The notes under the pieces were generated by a model. That model was not told the DNA's origin. It did no database searches and saw only the letters and a list, made by a program, of their open reading frames with translations. Made by a program: the position numbers and the translations under genes. Below are positions 34,062-47,262 of a stretch of 64,000 bases of DNA, in pieces. Every line of letters starts with the position of its first letter. The stretch's first letter is position 1. The stretch comes from Amphiscolops sp. MND2022 (taxonomy: Eukaryota), in the NCBI GenBank assembly GCA_964187785.1, contig OZ076409.1:38502001-38566000 (forward strand), written 5' to 3'.

Positions 34062-34721
34062 ACAAGTTACTTGGCTTAAAGTCAATTTGCTTAAGTTTTT
34101 CGTCGAGTCATTTAGCTTAAAAGTATCAAGCCAAATGACCATAAAAATAGACCAAATGCATTCAAACTCAAGCAATGGCTAAAAGCAACCTTTCAAAGAC
34201 CAAACGAAATTGAATTAACTAGATGTTCAAGAGACGAAAAACAAATGTTTTAGCATGTTTGTTGATTGCCTCGGCCGTTTTCCTCCTTTCGTCAAGTAGC
34301 AGCCTGTTGAGCGGGGACATATGGCACGTCGCTGCGCTTTGCTTCGCTCCTGCATTTATGGCATTAGGGGTTTGTGAACATAGCGGATTGCGTAATTATA
34401 GAATTTCGACAAAATCTCTCACGCGTTTCAGTTTGGTGATTGTTAGCCGAACAACTCTAAGCCAAGTTAAAATTACCTATGACATTTGCCTCAAAAAAAA
34501 ACTAAGTGATCAAATGCTTTACGCCACATGTTTCAAGCCAAATGATTTTAGGCCAGGTGATTTTAAGCCAAATGGCCAATTACCTCTCTTTCTTGAGCAG
34601 ATAACCTGAAATAAATTTCGGTAGTGATAAGTAGTGTAACCAAAAAAAGCAAAAAAAAACTAGCGTCAAGAACTGGTTTTCCCATGACCCAACGAGGACA
34701 TTGAACTGATAATACTTGTTT

Positions 34722-35337
34722 ACCAAATCATCGTTAAAAAAGAAAACTTTACTGACTGTACGTCGAGTGTGAGTACTTATAAACTTCTGAGTGTGTTTCA
34801 AAAATTTTCTGGAGCATGAGTTGTCGGTTTATCGGAATGAAAGCGTTTTAAAAGTCAACTTTCAACAACAGAACATTTAGCGGCACTTTTGATGCCTACA
34901 CCTACTTGTCGACTTCCGTATCTTGCTTGCCGTGATTTGAAGACATGGTATCCGGCACATTTTGCGGAGAACGGGCGGAAAATTTTGCCAACAACAATCG
35001 GACAAAGTTCTCCTTCGGGCTTCTCAGCGCAATTAATTCCGCACCGAAGAAGTAGGATCGAAGTTCGAACAATACTTTTCTTCCGACAATCACAGTCACA
35101 AGACTCTGAGAAAAGTCAGTCCAGTTTGCGCATTCGAAAAGGCAGGCAAAATTCTCGAAATTTAATGCAAAATGTCATCCAAAGCTACAATAGATCCGTT
35201 GGGAAAGTACATGTGAGCCATGTGGACAACGAACTCCGAGGTTGAAAACATTCAAAATCTGTGGTGTCAGGAACAGATCAAAGTTCCCTATGCGGATGTT
35301 TCAGCTGGCGGTCCCACGTAGTTGTTGATTGTGAAAT
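34722..35337 (-). mobile_element. CRE-like non-LTR retrotransposon RT fragment, copy 3
   Basis: Near-identical to 15769-16386; truncated on the right by the palindromic element. Confidence 0.85.
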
Positions 35338-36622
35338 TGGCTACCACTTGTAGTCAAATCTGTCAAACTTGTTCTGAGATGATAGTAACGTTGAATTGAG
35401 ATTTAGTTACCTCTGGTTGTTAAATTATCGTACAAGAGAATGTTAGGAGAGAATAACTAAAATATTCTGAAATGAACAGTCTTTCAGATGAATTATGATC
35501 AGTTAAAAGCTTTTGAAACACTTACCGAAGAAGTTCTCCTCTTTGTGCAGACCAACCAGCAAAACAATGTGCTAGATATCTTCAATAAGTACGAAATGAA
35601 ACTATTTCCAAAATCCAGTGAAAAAAATTCGCGTGAAAGGAAATGGAAGTGGATGAAATTGAAGTAGAGCCTGAAAATAAAGTTGAGACGAAACGCATGG
35701 AATTTTACAAATCCCACATGCTCTGTAGGCGCTCAGATTCAGAGGAAATTCCAACAATTCCTGTCATGGCCTCATTTAACTCCTTTAAGGACTTGGTGGA
35801 AGAAATGGCAGCTGTGAAGAAACAACTAGACAAGAACTGTGAAGGCATAACCTGAAAAAATATTGAAATGGGTAAGTTAATTTGGATCTCGAAAAAGTTC
35901 AACAGGTTCAAGGTGGCCCTCTCTCACTGTGGATGTTGAAAGTCGTGCGCAAACTCCCTGATACACTTATACAAGCTCTATCTCAGACACCCAAACATTA
36001 GGAAGTCATCCCTATTCCTCCATGCTCTACGTCCTATAATCAACTTTCTAAATGACATCGTAGAATGTTTACCCGAATTCGATGATTTTAATTGATATTT
36101 AATTTGAAAAAAAAACCTTATCAGTGTATTGTCGGTAAAGGAATTGTACCATTGTTTTTCACTCTTTTTCTACCTATTAAACGTCTCTTCATGCCACAGG
36201 CGCGTTGCATAAAGTTATTCTAATGAACAGCTAAAATTGAGGGAATATCAGGACCTAAAAGATATGATAAAAAGTCAAGGAATTTTATCCCGAATAATCC
36301 TTTCCAAGTTAGAAGATTTTGAAAATGAATTAGATTCCTTATCAGAAGATACATTTTTATCAGGAAAAGTTTTTGTATCTTGAACCCAGCAATCAGCAGT
36401 TGCCAAAACAGGTGTAAAAATTGCATTTTAACAATAGTTAAAAATTGAAATCGATTAGACATATGCATGGAAAAATAACTAATACACGCAAGCGCCTTCG
36501 GTAAGCAAAGCTTAGAAAAAAAGTTCAACAATTTTTTTTCTTAAAGGAGAGTTTAGAAATAAGTTTCAAGAAAATTTTTTCTTGAATGAAACTTTTATCA
36601 CTCAAAGAATTTGGTTAAAAAT

Positions 36623-36984
36623 ATGGATTACAAAATGAAGCAACTTCTAATGTACAAATAAAAGAAATACTTAATGAACTAGACACACCGTGTGGAGTGT
36701 ACTTGAGAGACGATAAGTTTACAACTACGGCAGGAATAGTTAACTTACATCCAACTAAAGGAACACACTGGATTATGTTTACAAATCAAAATTACTTTGA
36801 TTCAAATGGCTGTTCTTCACCAATAAACCTAATAAAACAAATTATTGGAGGTGTATATTCAAAATATCAAATGAAGAAAAATGATGGTTACTGTGCTGCG
36901 TATTGTTTGTATGTGTTATATCTCACAAATATAATAGGCTTTAAAATGCAGTACTTAATTTATACTACCAAATTTTATGAATAA
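36623..36984 (+). pseudogene. Adenain-like (Polinton) cysteine protease remnant; mirror copy ~43960-44310 (-)
   Basis: GIVNLHPTKGTHW...YFDSNG...YQ...GYCAAYCLY gives the His/Asp/Gln/Cys order of adenovirus-type proteases. Frameshifted. Confidence 0.75.
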
Positions 36985-37174
36985 TAAATGAAGAAAGTTA
37001 TTACTTATTCAGCTGAATTAAAACTTATACAAAATCCGGTACAAAATTATCCGGATGAGATTGAAAATAATAAGAATAATAATCCGAATGATATCAAAAA
37101 ATATATCAAAACAATACCAAGAAATTATAAACAAGATATCTGCTAGTAGATTTAAACCATTTTTTCTTTAATAA

Positions 37175-38176
37175 ATGGATCTATCAAATTTTGTTACTTA
37201 TGATAAAGAAGAATCGCCTTTGTTGGGTATTGCATAATCTGATTTGGGTATTGTCGAAAATACCTTCTCCAAACCTCAAAAAACTCTCAAATTTAAAATG
37301 ACTAAACAATGGATGATGGGAGAAACAGGTTTAGAAGTTTACAACACTGTATAAAATCTTACTGAAAAGAATAAAAAACTTAAAACTCTTCTAAAAGACG
37401 AACAACTCAAATCAATGAACATTGAAACTCAATTAGAAAAGAATGTTGAGTATTTATATAATACTTCCGGTAAAATAGAAAAAACTAATGAACTTATAGC
37501 TGATAGGTATTCTGAAAATAAGAAACTTACTAAAACGATTTTGGTTATATAAAGAAAATAATTGGTCGATTTAAATTCGATACCGAAGGCGCTTCACGTA
37601 AGGAATGTATCGATACCGAAGGCGCTTCACGTAAAGATAATATAAATTTTCCTGAATTTGAATTGAAAATGATTTCTTTGAAATTGAGTTGACACCAGGA
37701 GTATATGAATTATTTGATATAAATGATACCATCAAGCAAATACTTTCTGATTCTGATTTTGGACTCAACATATAAGCAGATACAAAATCATTGAAATCGG
37801 TTCTTACAACTTCTAATAACAAACATTTTTTTCTGAACTTAACACCCTTTTAGGATTTACAAACACCAACTACTCAGAAGGAACTCATAAATCAGAAAAA
37901 CCAGTTATGATATCAACCACAGACAAAGTTCATCTTAAGTGTGATTGGGTTGATGGTTCAATTGTTAATGGTATGCGAGAACAAATATTATTTAGTTTTA
38001 ATCTTAGTGCCCCTCCAGGATATGGAATTATAGAAGAACCTAATAGTGTTTTGTACAAAAAGATAAACAAAACACGACTGGATAACGTCCAATTTTCCCT
38101 TGAAGTCTCCAATCATAACCCAGATGATTTCAACTCCGAAACATTGACATTTACAATTCTAAATATCAAGATTTAA
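37175..38176 (+). pseudogene. Minor capsid (penton)-like remnant; mirror copy 42690-43739 (-)
   Basis: C-terminal VHLKCDWVDGSIVNG..QILFSFNLSAPPGY.IIEEP...DFNSETLTFT and internal IELTPGVYEI resemble Polinton single-jelly-roll minor capsid proteins (by recall). Confidence 0.6.
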
Positions 38177-38189
38177 GTCAAATAAATAA

Positions 38190-38590
38190 ATGAGCTTCAA
38201 TAAATTCAAAACATTGCATATTGTGTTGGTGAAAAACATTAATCCGCTGCCACAAAAACTCGTGGAGATATTACTCAAAATAAAAAAAACTGGCATGTCA
38301 GTTAAACTATTTAGAGGTACTTGTTCAACTTGTGAAAGAAATTAGTCACTTGTAGTATCAGATCAAACTGTACAAGCGGAAGGATTGGGTAACTTCGTTC
38401 TTCGCTTGGGAAAGCCGCCAAGAATGTTGGAAAGAAAATACTCAAAAAGCCTGGAAGAGCACTCGAAATATTGGCAAATATTGGAACTGCAGCAGCAAGT
38501 AAAAATTCAAAACTTATTGCCGCAACTTCACCTGATTCTATAAAATTTGTTCATCAACAAAAGGGTTTATATTTGGGTGAAATTAAATAA
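38190..38590 (+). pseudogene. Small basic Polinton-associated protein remnant (CxxC plus amphipathic EGLG..LGK segment); mirror copy ~42290-42680 (-)
   Basis: Reads ...FRGTCSTCERN...QAEGLGNF..LGKAAKNVGKKILKKPGRALEILANIG with frameshifts. Confidence 0.45.
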
Positions 38591-38619
38591 TTAAATTAAA
38601 ATTCAAAATTCTTATGAAT

Positions 38620-39532
38620 AATAAAGGTATTCAATTCATAACCGAGATGATTTAGAGAAAAAAAATTTGCGAGAAACTAAATCCTTACTCCGCAAAGAAA
38701 GAATAAAAGAGAAACTTGGAAAGCAAAACTTTCATTATGATATGGAAGAAGTTTTTGAACCCGTTACTGCAAAACAGGCGGAAGCTACTGAAAACCAGAA
38801 ACAATTATCTGAAAAACAAATACACGCGCTACGTACAGAGTGAAGCAATACAACAAAGTTGTGATATAATAAATAAAAATGAACAAAAATCTATTAATTA
38901 ATTAGATGAAATTACTAACCGTAACAATCAACTTGGTACAGATCTTGTTTATTTAAACCAACTTGATTCTAGTATTGTTAAAATAGTTTCTAACCTCCTC
39001 AACATCCAAAGTCAATTCAGATTACAACCCGTGGAAGGTAATCCACAATTACTCACAGTTAACCACACTAATCCTCGACTAGTACAAATCAATGGTTCAA
39101 CGATGACTTTCGAGAATGATAACACATATAATTTAAATGATTCGGGTCTTGGTATTTTACAACTAATACACAAATAGAAGAAGAAATACATAATGAGAAC
39201 CTAATTTATATTTTTTTAGAAGATATATCTTATAATTTAAATTATGGAGCTAAAAAATCAACGAGATGTTATATCATTAATGATTTGATTAATCAATATA
39301 AGTACAATTTGGGAGTGGATTCAATTCGTATATGTTTCTTCCATCTGATCCAGGTGAGCTTGTAGTTCAACTTAAACTAATCGTGTTAGAAAAAATAGGA
39401 ATTACTGATAATCCTATGCTTAGTGAACAAATCATTGCAATTACAGACAAGCTCCTGGAGTATGAATGTATTGCAACAAGTCAACATCAAAAGATGCAAA
39501 GCACCTTCGGTATTACGAGCTCCTTCAGTTAG
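38620..39532 (+). pseudogene. Polinton-associated ORF remnant ending in the FLPSDPxELV motif; mirror copy ~41330-42260 (-)
   Basis: MFLPSDPGELVVQLKLIVLEK...ITDKLLE (39332-39532) resembles a motif common in Polinton accessory proteins. The mirror ORF 41519-41818 is collinear. Confidence 0.5.
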
Positions 39533-40661
39533 ATTGCTCAAAAACGGATCAGTTTGTGGATTTAAGATTTTGTACTCCGGTATATGTTCATTACAAATCT
39601 TATGTTTTTAACCATTTTCACCTTCTAACCTGTTTATCACTAAACAATTATATTTTTCTTTCCATGCTTCTCTGCATAAACTTTTGAATTCATCATAAGA
39701 CATATCAAAACCAGCTGTGTCACTGTATATATAATCTACATCTTTCAATGTTTGTTGAAAAAAGTTATTATATTCGAATTGTTTCTAATTGTTTTTTTAG
39801 GTAAATCAAAGTATGACTGTGATAAACAATAAACATCTAAATCATCATGCCTCACCCTAGTAAAAATTGATTTAATAATTTCTGATTACTATCCAACATA
39901 TCATCAACTACAACACAGCAATTTTGAAAAGCTTGTATTGTTCTATCTTCTAGATCTCTCACTGAAACATCTAATTGTATGTTCTCGTATTGTTCCGGAA
40001 ATCTAGGTATTTTTTTATTTTTTGTTCAGGGTTATTTAGGCGAATTAATTGTAATTTGTTTAAATCAAATCGGTCTTACAACAAAATGATGCACCAACAA
40101 TTAATACTCTATTTTTTTCATTTTTATTATTTATAATACATTCATTATTGATAATTTAAATATTACTTTCATCATTTTTATTTATAATATTATAGCTCTG
40201 CTTATCATCATTTATATATTGCTCTTGTGAAGTGAATCACTAAAAATCACTAAGAGCATTATTTGAGCACTGAGCCTATAGGGCTACACTTAAACCATCA
40301 TGCATTTAGTGAAATTGCTTAGTGACTTAGTGATTTTTTACTGAATAACTGAAGTGTTTAATTTGTTATAAAAACAGTGAAAACTCTTTTTGTGCCGAAT
40401 GTGGTAATAAAAAGAAATGCAAGGATTGTAATATAATGAAGACAGACTCTTATTCGTACAAAAACGGTAAAATGTATAGTATGAACGTTTCAATAAAAAT
40501 GAATGTTTCAATAAAAAGTAGATGTGTGAATACTGTAATCGTGAATTAAATAGGACATATTTATCAAAACATATCGAGAGATGCTTTATCAAGATTCATA
40601 AGTCTGCTTATCATAATATAAATATTTTGATATAAATGAAGATAAGCAGAGCTAAATTATT

Positions 40662-41310
40662 ATGAATGACAATGATGAAAGTAATATTAAAAATAATATT
40701 GATGAAAATATTATTATGAATAATATTGATGAAAATGATAGAACATTAATAGTTGGTTCATCATTTTGTGGTACGACCCACTTGTTATTAAACAAATTAC
40801 AATTATTTCGCTTGGACAACCCTGAACAAAAAATAAAAATAATAACTAGATCTCCGGAACAATACGAGAACATACAACTAGATGTTTCAGTGGAAGAAGA
40901 TCTAGAAGATAGAACAAAACAAGATTTTCATAATTGTTGTGTTGTATTTAATCATATGTTGGATAGTAATCAGAAGTTAATAGATTTTTTACTAGGGGAA
41001 GACATGATGATATGGATGTTTATTATTTATCACAGTCATACTTTGATTTACCTGAAAGAACAATTAGAAACAATTCGATTAAAATAATTTTCAGTGAACA
41101 AACATTGAAAGATGTAGAACATATATAAATAGACATAGCTGGTTTTGACATGTTTTATGATGAATTCGAAAAGCTATGCAGAGAAGCATGGAAAGAAAAA
41201 AATAATTGTTTTTTAAGAAACTGGTTAGAAGATATAAATGGGAAAAACATTTGTAATGAATCTAATCCGGAGAACAAAATCTTTATTCCACAAACTGATC
41301 CGTTTTAGAA
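40662..41310 (+). pseudogene. A32-like DNA packaging ATPase remnant; mirror copy ~39690-40110 (-)
   Basis: Degenerate Walker A LIVGSSFCGTT and Walker B CVVFNH. After a frameshift it reads RGRHDDMDVYYLSQSYFDLPERTIRNNS. Confidence 0.75.
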
Positions 41311-44300
41311 CAAGCTAACTATAGGAGCTTGTAATACCGAAGATGCTTTTTATCTTTTCATGTTGACGTGTTGTAATACATTCATATTCCAGTAGCTTAT
41401 CTGTAATTGCAGTGATTTTTTCGCCAAGCATAGGATTATCATTACCTAAAATTTTTTCCAACACGATTAATTTAGGTTGAACTACAAGCTCATCTGGATC
41501 AGATGGAATAAAAGTTTACTAATTAAATGCACTCCTCAAATGATACTCATAGTGGATAACCAAATCTTTAATTATATAATATCTCGTTGATTTTTTATCT
41601 CCGTAATTTAAATTAAAATTCATATCTTTTAAAAATTGATGAATTAGATTCTCATTATGTATTTCTTCTTCTATTTGTGTGTTAGTTATAAAATACCAAA
41701 GACCCGAATCATTTAAATTATATGTGTTACCATTCTCGAAAGTCATCGTTGAACCATTGATTTGTACTAGTTGAGGATTAGTGTGGGTAACTGTGAGTAA
41801 TTGTAGATTACCTTCCACGGGTTGTAATCTGAATTGACTTTGGATGTTGAGGAGGTTAGAAACTAATTCAACAATACTAGAATCAACTTGGTTTGAATTA
41901 ACCAGATCTGTAACAAGTTATTACGGTTAGTAACTTGATCATATTCATTATTAGATTTTTGTATATTTTTTATTTATTATACCACTACTCTGTTTTATTG
42001 TTTTAGTCGGATTTTCGATTGGTTGTGTTGTTGTTTGAGAAGAATCACGTAGCGCTTGTATTTGTTTTTCAGATAATTGTTTCTAGTTTCCAGTAGCTTC
42101 CGCCTGCTTTGCAGTAATGGGTTCAAACATTTCTTCTGTGTCATAATGAAAGTTTTGATTCCCAAGTTTCACTTTCAATCTTTTTTTGCGCAGTATGGAT
42201 TTAGTTTCTCGCAATTTTGTTAAGCTTTCTAAATCTTCTCGAATATACATTGAATACATTTAATATTCATAATCGTTTCGAACTTTAAATTACATATTTA
42301 GTTTACCCAAATGAAAACCCTTTCCTTGATGAACAAAGTTTATAATATCAGGTGAAGTTGCGGCAATAAGTTTTGGATTTTTACTTTCTGCTGCAAATCC
42401 AATATTTGCCAAACTTTCTAGTGCTCTTCCATGATTGTTGAGTATTTTTTTCCAACATTCTTGGTGGCTTTCCCAAGCGAAGAAAAGAAGTTACCCAATC
42501 TTTCTGCTTGTTTGATCTGATACTATAAGTGACTTTTTTTCACAAGTTGAACAAATACCTCTTGATAGTTTGACTGACATACCAGTTTTTTTATTTTTAG
42601 TATTGGCTCCACGAATATTTGTGGTAGCGGAATAATGTTTTTCACCAACACATCATCAAATTTTTTAAAATTTCTTGAAGCTCAATTATTTATTTAACTT
42701 GAATGTTGATAATTTGTATTGTAAATGTCAATGTTCCGGAAATGAAATCAACTGGGTTATGGTTGGAGTCTTCAAGGAAAAATTGGGCATTATCCAGTTG
42801 TGTTTTGTTTATCTTTTTATACAAAACGTTTTTAGCTTCTTATATAACTCCATATCCAGGAGGGGCACTAAGATTAAAACTAAATAAAATTTGTCCTCGC
42901 ATACCATTAACAATTGAACCATCTACTTAATCACACTTAAGATGAACTTTGTCTGTGGTTGTTATCATATTTAGTTTTTCTGATTTATGAGTTCCTTCTG
43001 AGTAGTTTGTAAATCCTAAAAGGGTGTTAAGTTCAGAAATAAAGTGTACGTTATTAGAAGTTGTTAAAACTGATTTCATTGATAATGTATCTGCTTGTAT
43101 GTTGAGTTCAAAATCAGAATCAGAAAGTATTTACTTGATAGTAATATTTATATCAACTATTTCATATACTCCTGGTGTTAACTCAATTTCAAAGAAATCA
43201 TTTTCAATTCCAAATTCAGGAACATTTATATTTTCTTTACGTGAAGCGCCTTCGGTATCGATAGATTCCTTACGTGAAGCGCCTTCGGTATCGAGTTTAA
43301 TTCGATCACGTATTTTTTTTGAGGAATTAAAATAGTTTCTAATAAGTTTCTTGTTTTTATAAGAACTATCAGCTATAAATTTATTAGCTTTTTCTAAATT
43401 ACCGGAGGTATGATATAAAACATCAACATTCATTGCAAGTTGAGTATCAATGTTTAATTTGAGTCGTTCGTCTTTTAGAAGAATTTTAAGTTTAGTATTC
43501 TTTTCAGTATTGTTATATACAGTGTTGTATTCTTCTAAACTTGTTTCTCCCATCTTCCATTGTCCTGGCAGCTCCAATGGAACACGGAATGAAAAAGATT
43601 CTTTTTGTTTAGTCATTTTAAATTCGAGATTTTCCTGAGGTTTGGATAAGGTATTTTCAACAATACCCAAACTAGATTTTGCAATACTCAACAAAAAAGA
43701 TTCTTCTTTATCATAAGTTGCAGAATATGATAGATCCATTCATTGTAGATTAAATTGCTTATATCCACTAGCAGATATCATGTTTATAAATTCTTGGTTT
43801 TGTTTTGATAGTTTTTTTTCTTGAAATCATTCGGATTATTATTCTTATTATTTTCAATCTCAATCGGATAATTTTTAACGGATTTTGTATAATTTTGAAA
43901 TGAGCTGAATAAGAAATTATTTTCTTCATTTTCTATTCATACAATTTGGTAGTATAAATTTAGTACTGCTTTTTTAAAGCCTTTTATATTTTTTATGGCC
44001 TATGAGATATAACACATACAATCAGTACGCTGCACAATATCTATCATTTTTCTAAATTTGAGATTCTGAATAAACACCTCCAGTAATTTGTTTTATTAGG
44101 TTTATTGGTGGAGGGCAGCCATATGAACCAAAATAAAATTGATTTGTAAACATAACCCAGTGTGTTCCTTTAGTTGGATGTAAATTAACTATTCTTGCCG
44201 TAGTTGTAAAATTATCATCTCTCATGTACACTCCTAAGGGTGTGTCTAGTTCATTGGGTATTTCTTTTATTTTTACATTAGGAGTTGCTTCATTTTGTAA

Positions 44301-45610
44301 TCCATATTTTCAAACAAATTGTTGGAAAGATAAATATTTCATTTAAGAAAAAAAATAGTTGAAGTTTATTTCTAAGCTTTGCTTTAAGAAAAGATTTTTG
44401 TTGAAATTGTTTTTCTAAGCTTTGCTTACCGAAGGCGCTTTGCGTGTAAAAGTTATTTCTCCATGAATGTGTCTCATCGATTTCATTTTTTTAATATTGT
44501 TAAAATGGACTTTTTACACCTGTTTTGGCAAGTGCTGAATGGGTTCAAGATACAGAAAACTTTGTTTTTGATAAAAATGTACCTTCTGATAAGGAATCTA
44601 ATTCATCTTCAAAATCTTCTAATTTGGAATGAATTATTTGGGCAAATTTTCCTTGATTTTTTATCAGTTCTTTTAATCCCGACATTTCCTCAATTTTAGC
44701 TGTTCACAAGAATAAACTTTTTGCAACGCGCCTGTTGCATGAAGCGACATTTATTAGGTAGAAAAAGAGTGAAAATTATTGGTACAATTCCTTTATCATC
44801 AATACATTGAAGAGGTTTTTTTTCAAATTATTTATCAGTTAAAATTATCGAGTTTGGGTAAACATTCTACGATGTCATTTAGAACGTTGATATTAGAACG
44901 TAGAGCATGGAGAGGTAGTGATGACTTGCTAATGTTTGGTGGTCTGAGATAGAGCTTTTTATAAGTGTATCAGGAAGTTTGCCTACAACTTTGAATTTTC
45001 ACAGTGAGAGAGGGCTTCCTTGAACCTTTTGAACCTTTTCGAGATGCAATTTAATTTACCAATTTCAATACTTATTCGGATTATGCCTACACAGTCTTGT
45101 CTAGTTGTTCCTTCACAGCTGCCATTGCTTCCAGCAAGTCCTTAAAAGAGTTATATGAGGCCATGATAGGAATTGTTGGAATTCTCCCTGAATCTGAGCG
45201 CAGAGAGAGCATGAGGGGTGTGTAAAAATCCATGCGTTTCTTTTCAACTTTTATTCTCAGGCTCTACTTCAATTTCTTCCACTTCCATTTTGCTTTCAGG
45301 GGAAAATTGTTCACTAGATTTTGGAAATAGTTTTATTTTGTACTTATTGAAGATATCTAGCACATTGTTTTGCTGGTTGGACTGCACAAAGAGACGAACT
45401 TCTTCGGTAAGTGTTTCAAAAGCTTTTAACTGATCACAATTCATCTAAAAGACCGTTCATTTCAGCATATTTTAGTGATTCTCTCCTAATCCTCTCTTGC
45501 GCCATAACTTAGCTACCAGTGGTACCTAATTCCCAATTCAACGTTACTATCATCTCATACCATGTTTGACAGATTTGGCTGCCAGTGGTAGTCAATTTTA
45601 CCGAATATGG

Positions 45611-45641
45611 TAGATTTGGCTACCACTGGTAGCCAAATCTA
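45611..45641. repeat. Perfect 14-bp-stem hairpin at the right terminus of the palindromic element
   Basis: TAGATTTGGCTACC-ACT-GGTAGCCAAATCTA. Degenerate versions at 45571-45595, 45511-45527 and 35337-35361. Confidence 0.9.
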
Positions 45642-46550
45642 AAAAACATATGGTGCACAGCCAAATAAAAAATTAAACTCAATGCTACTTACTGTGCACC
45701 GTTAATTCCATAAACTGCATCAAAAATATAAAAACAAAATAAACTCACAAAACCAAAATTTGGTGATTTTCTTCTTCTTTCTTCCTGATGCAGCAATAAT
45801 TGTACGCCCAGGAAGAGCCAGGAATAATTGTACGCCCAAGAATATCCAGAATGAAGATCCGGGATTATTTGTACGTCCAAGAAAACACCAGAGGGAATAA
45901 TCGTAATTGAATTTCATTCAGGCACTGAAAAAGAAAGAAAAATTGGTATCTGTTTTCTAGACGTATTTTTTATTTATGCGTTGAAAATTTGCATGGTGGT
46001 TTTAATATCGACCACTTGTGTTACCAATTTGATGCACATGGCGTGACTTCGAAAAAAATTTTCTCGTCAAGTTTGTCTGGATGTCTATTTGTGTTATCGC
46101 ATTCTTATCATCCATACCAAATTTTTTAGTTGCAAAGAAAGCTAATTTTTGATGATTTGCCTTGAAACTTTGCCTAATTTTGATGATTCGACTGGTATGT
46201 TGTGAAAAATGCTTAATTTTTGATAATTGCCTTGAAAATATGCTTAATTTGTAACTGCTTACCTTAAAAATATGTTTAATTTTGATCATTTGACAGATAT
46301 TTTGTAAAAATGACTAATTTTAAAGATTCTTTTGAAAATATACCTATTTTTAAATGTTTGCTGTATCAGGATCAGGATTTCGAATACTACTTTTTTGCAT
46401 TAATGTCAGCGATTAACTTTGTTCAGTAGCTTTGCTCATGAGAGGCATTAAGCTTTTAATGTTCTTCAGTGCTTCAAGACCACATCAGCTCAAAAAGAAA
46501 TCCGTGACTTGGCAATCGTTTTCCCGTCCGCTTGTCGGATCAACTTCAAT

Positions 46551-47262
46551 CTTCTTCTTCTGTTTTATCGCCTTGCGGCATCAGTATCGGTTCCGTTTGT
46601 CTTCTTCAGTAAACTGAGGGTTTTGCATTTGTTCGTTGCTTGGTGTCTTGACATGTTTGTAAGCGCTATCAGGGAATCGCATCTCAGGCAGACTCCTTTC
46701 TTCGGGACATATTTTCGAGCTGAAGGCAAGTTTTTCTGTGATGTTTCGAGGCACTTTTTCATGTGGTTCTTCAGTGTGGCTTCTTGTGTGAAAGTCTTGC
46801 CGCATTTCTCGCATTGAGTTTCTTTTTGTTGCGAGTCGTGAAGCCTTTTCCTGTGTATAGCTAGGCCTGCTTTGCTTCTGCACACTTTGTCACAAATCTC
46901 GCATTGAAGGGTGTTTTCGGTTGGTGTTTTCGTCGATTCCCTCCTGTCTCTGATGATTTCATCGGGTTGGATTACGTGGTTGTGGCCTTGCTGTCTCTCA
47001 TATTCTTCGAGGTGTTTTACTCTGTTCCGTACGAGCGCTCTCCACTTGGTTCGATCGGTTATCAGGTGTTCAATATTGTTGGGATCCTCGCCGGCTTCAT
47101 TGATAAGTTTGCGCCAGTATGTTATGGTGTTGCTGTGTGGGAGTTTTTTCGTCTTATTCTCTTCTTCTAGTTTGCTGTACCATCCTAGCACTGCCTGTTT
47201 CACCAACCTGTCATCGTTCATTCTCAGAACGTGGCCCATTCAAGTTCAATCAACTTCATTTA
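46551..47262 (-). mobile_element. 5'-truncated RTE-clade LINE 3' end (ORF 46565-47239) with C-terminal zinc fingers
   Basis: GHVLRMNDDRLVKQ and DRTKWR are typical of RTE ORF2 C-termini; CEICDKVCRSKAGLAIHRKRLH. Short (GAA)n tail. Candidate TSD GATCAACTTCAAT at 46538-46550 and 47263-47275. Confidence 0.8.

Larger units (their letters stand above)
35334..45641. mobile_element. ~10.2-kb inverted (head-to-head) duplication of a decayed Polinton/Maverick-like virus morphogenesis module
   Basis: 35334-40206 is the diverged reverse complement of 40643-45598 throughout. Each arm carries protease-, penton-, small basic protein-, FLPSDP-motif- and ATPase-like remnants in mirror order. Confidence 0.85.

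Noticed and set aside
35334-45641. Palindrome as an assembly artefact
   Set aside because: The arms differ by many substitutions and independent indels/stops, which a collapsed or chimeric read artefact would not produce. Long-read confirmation is still desirable.
45690-45945. Exon-like segment with three aataattgtacgccca repeats and a strong minus-strand acceptor
   Set aside because: No frame gives a recognisable protein and no partner exons were identified.
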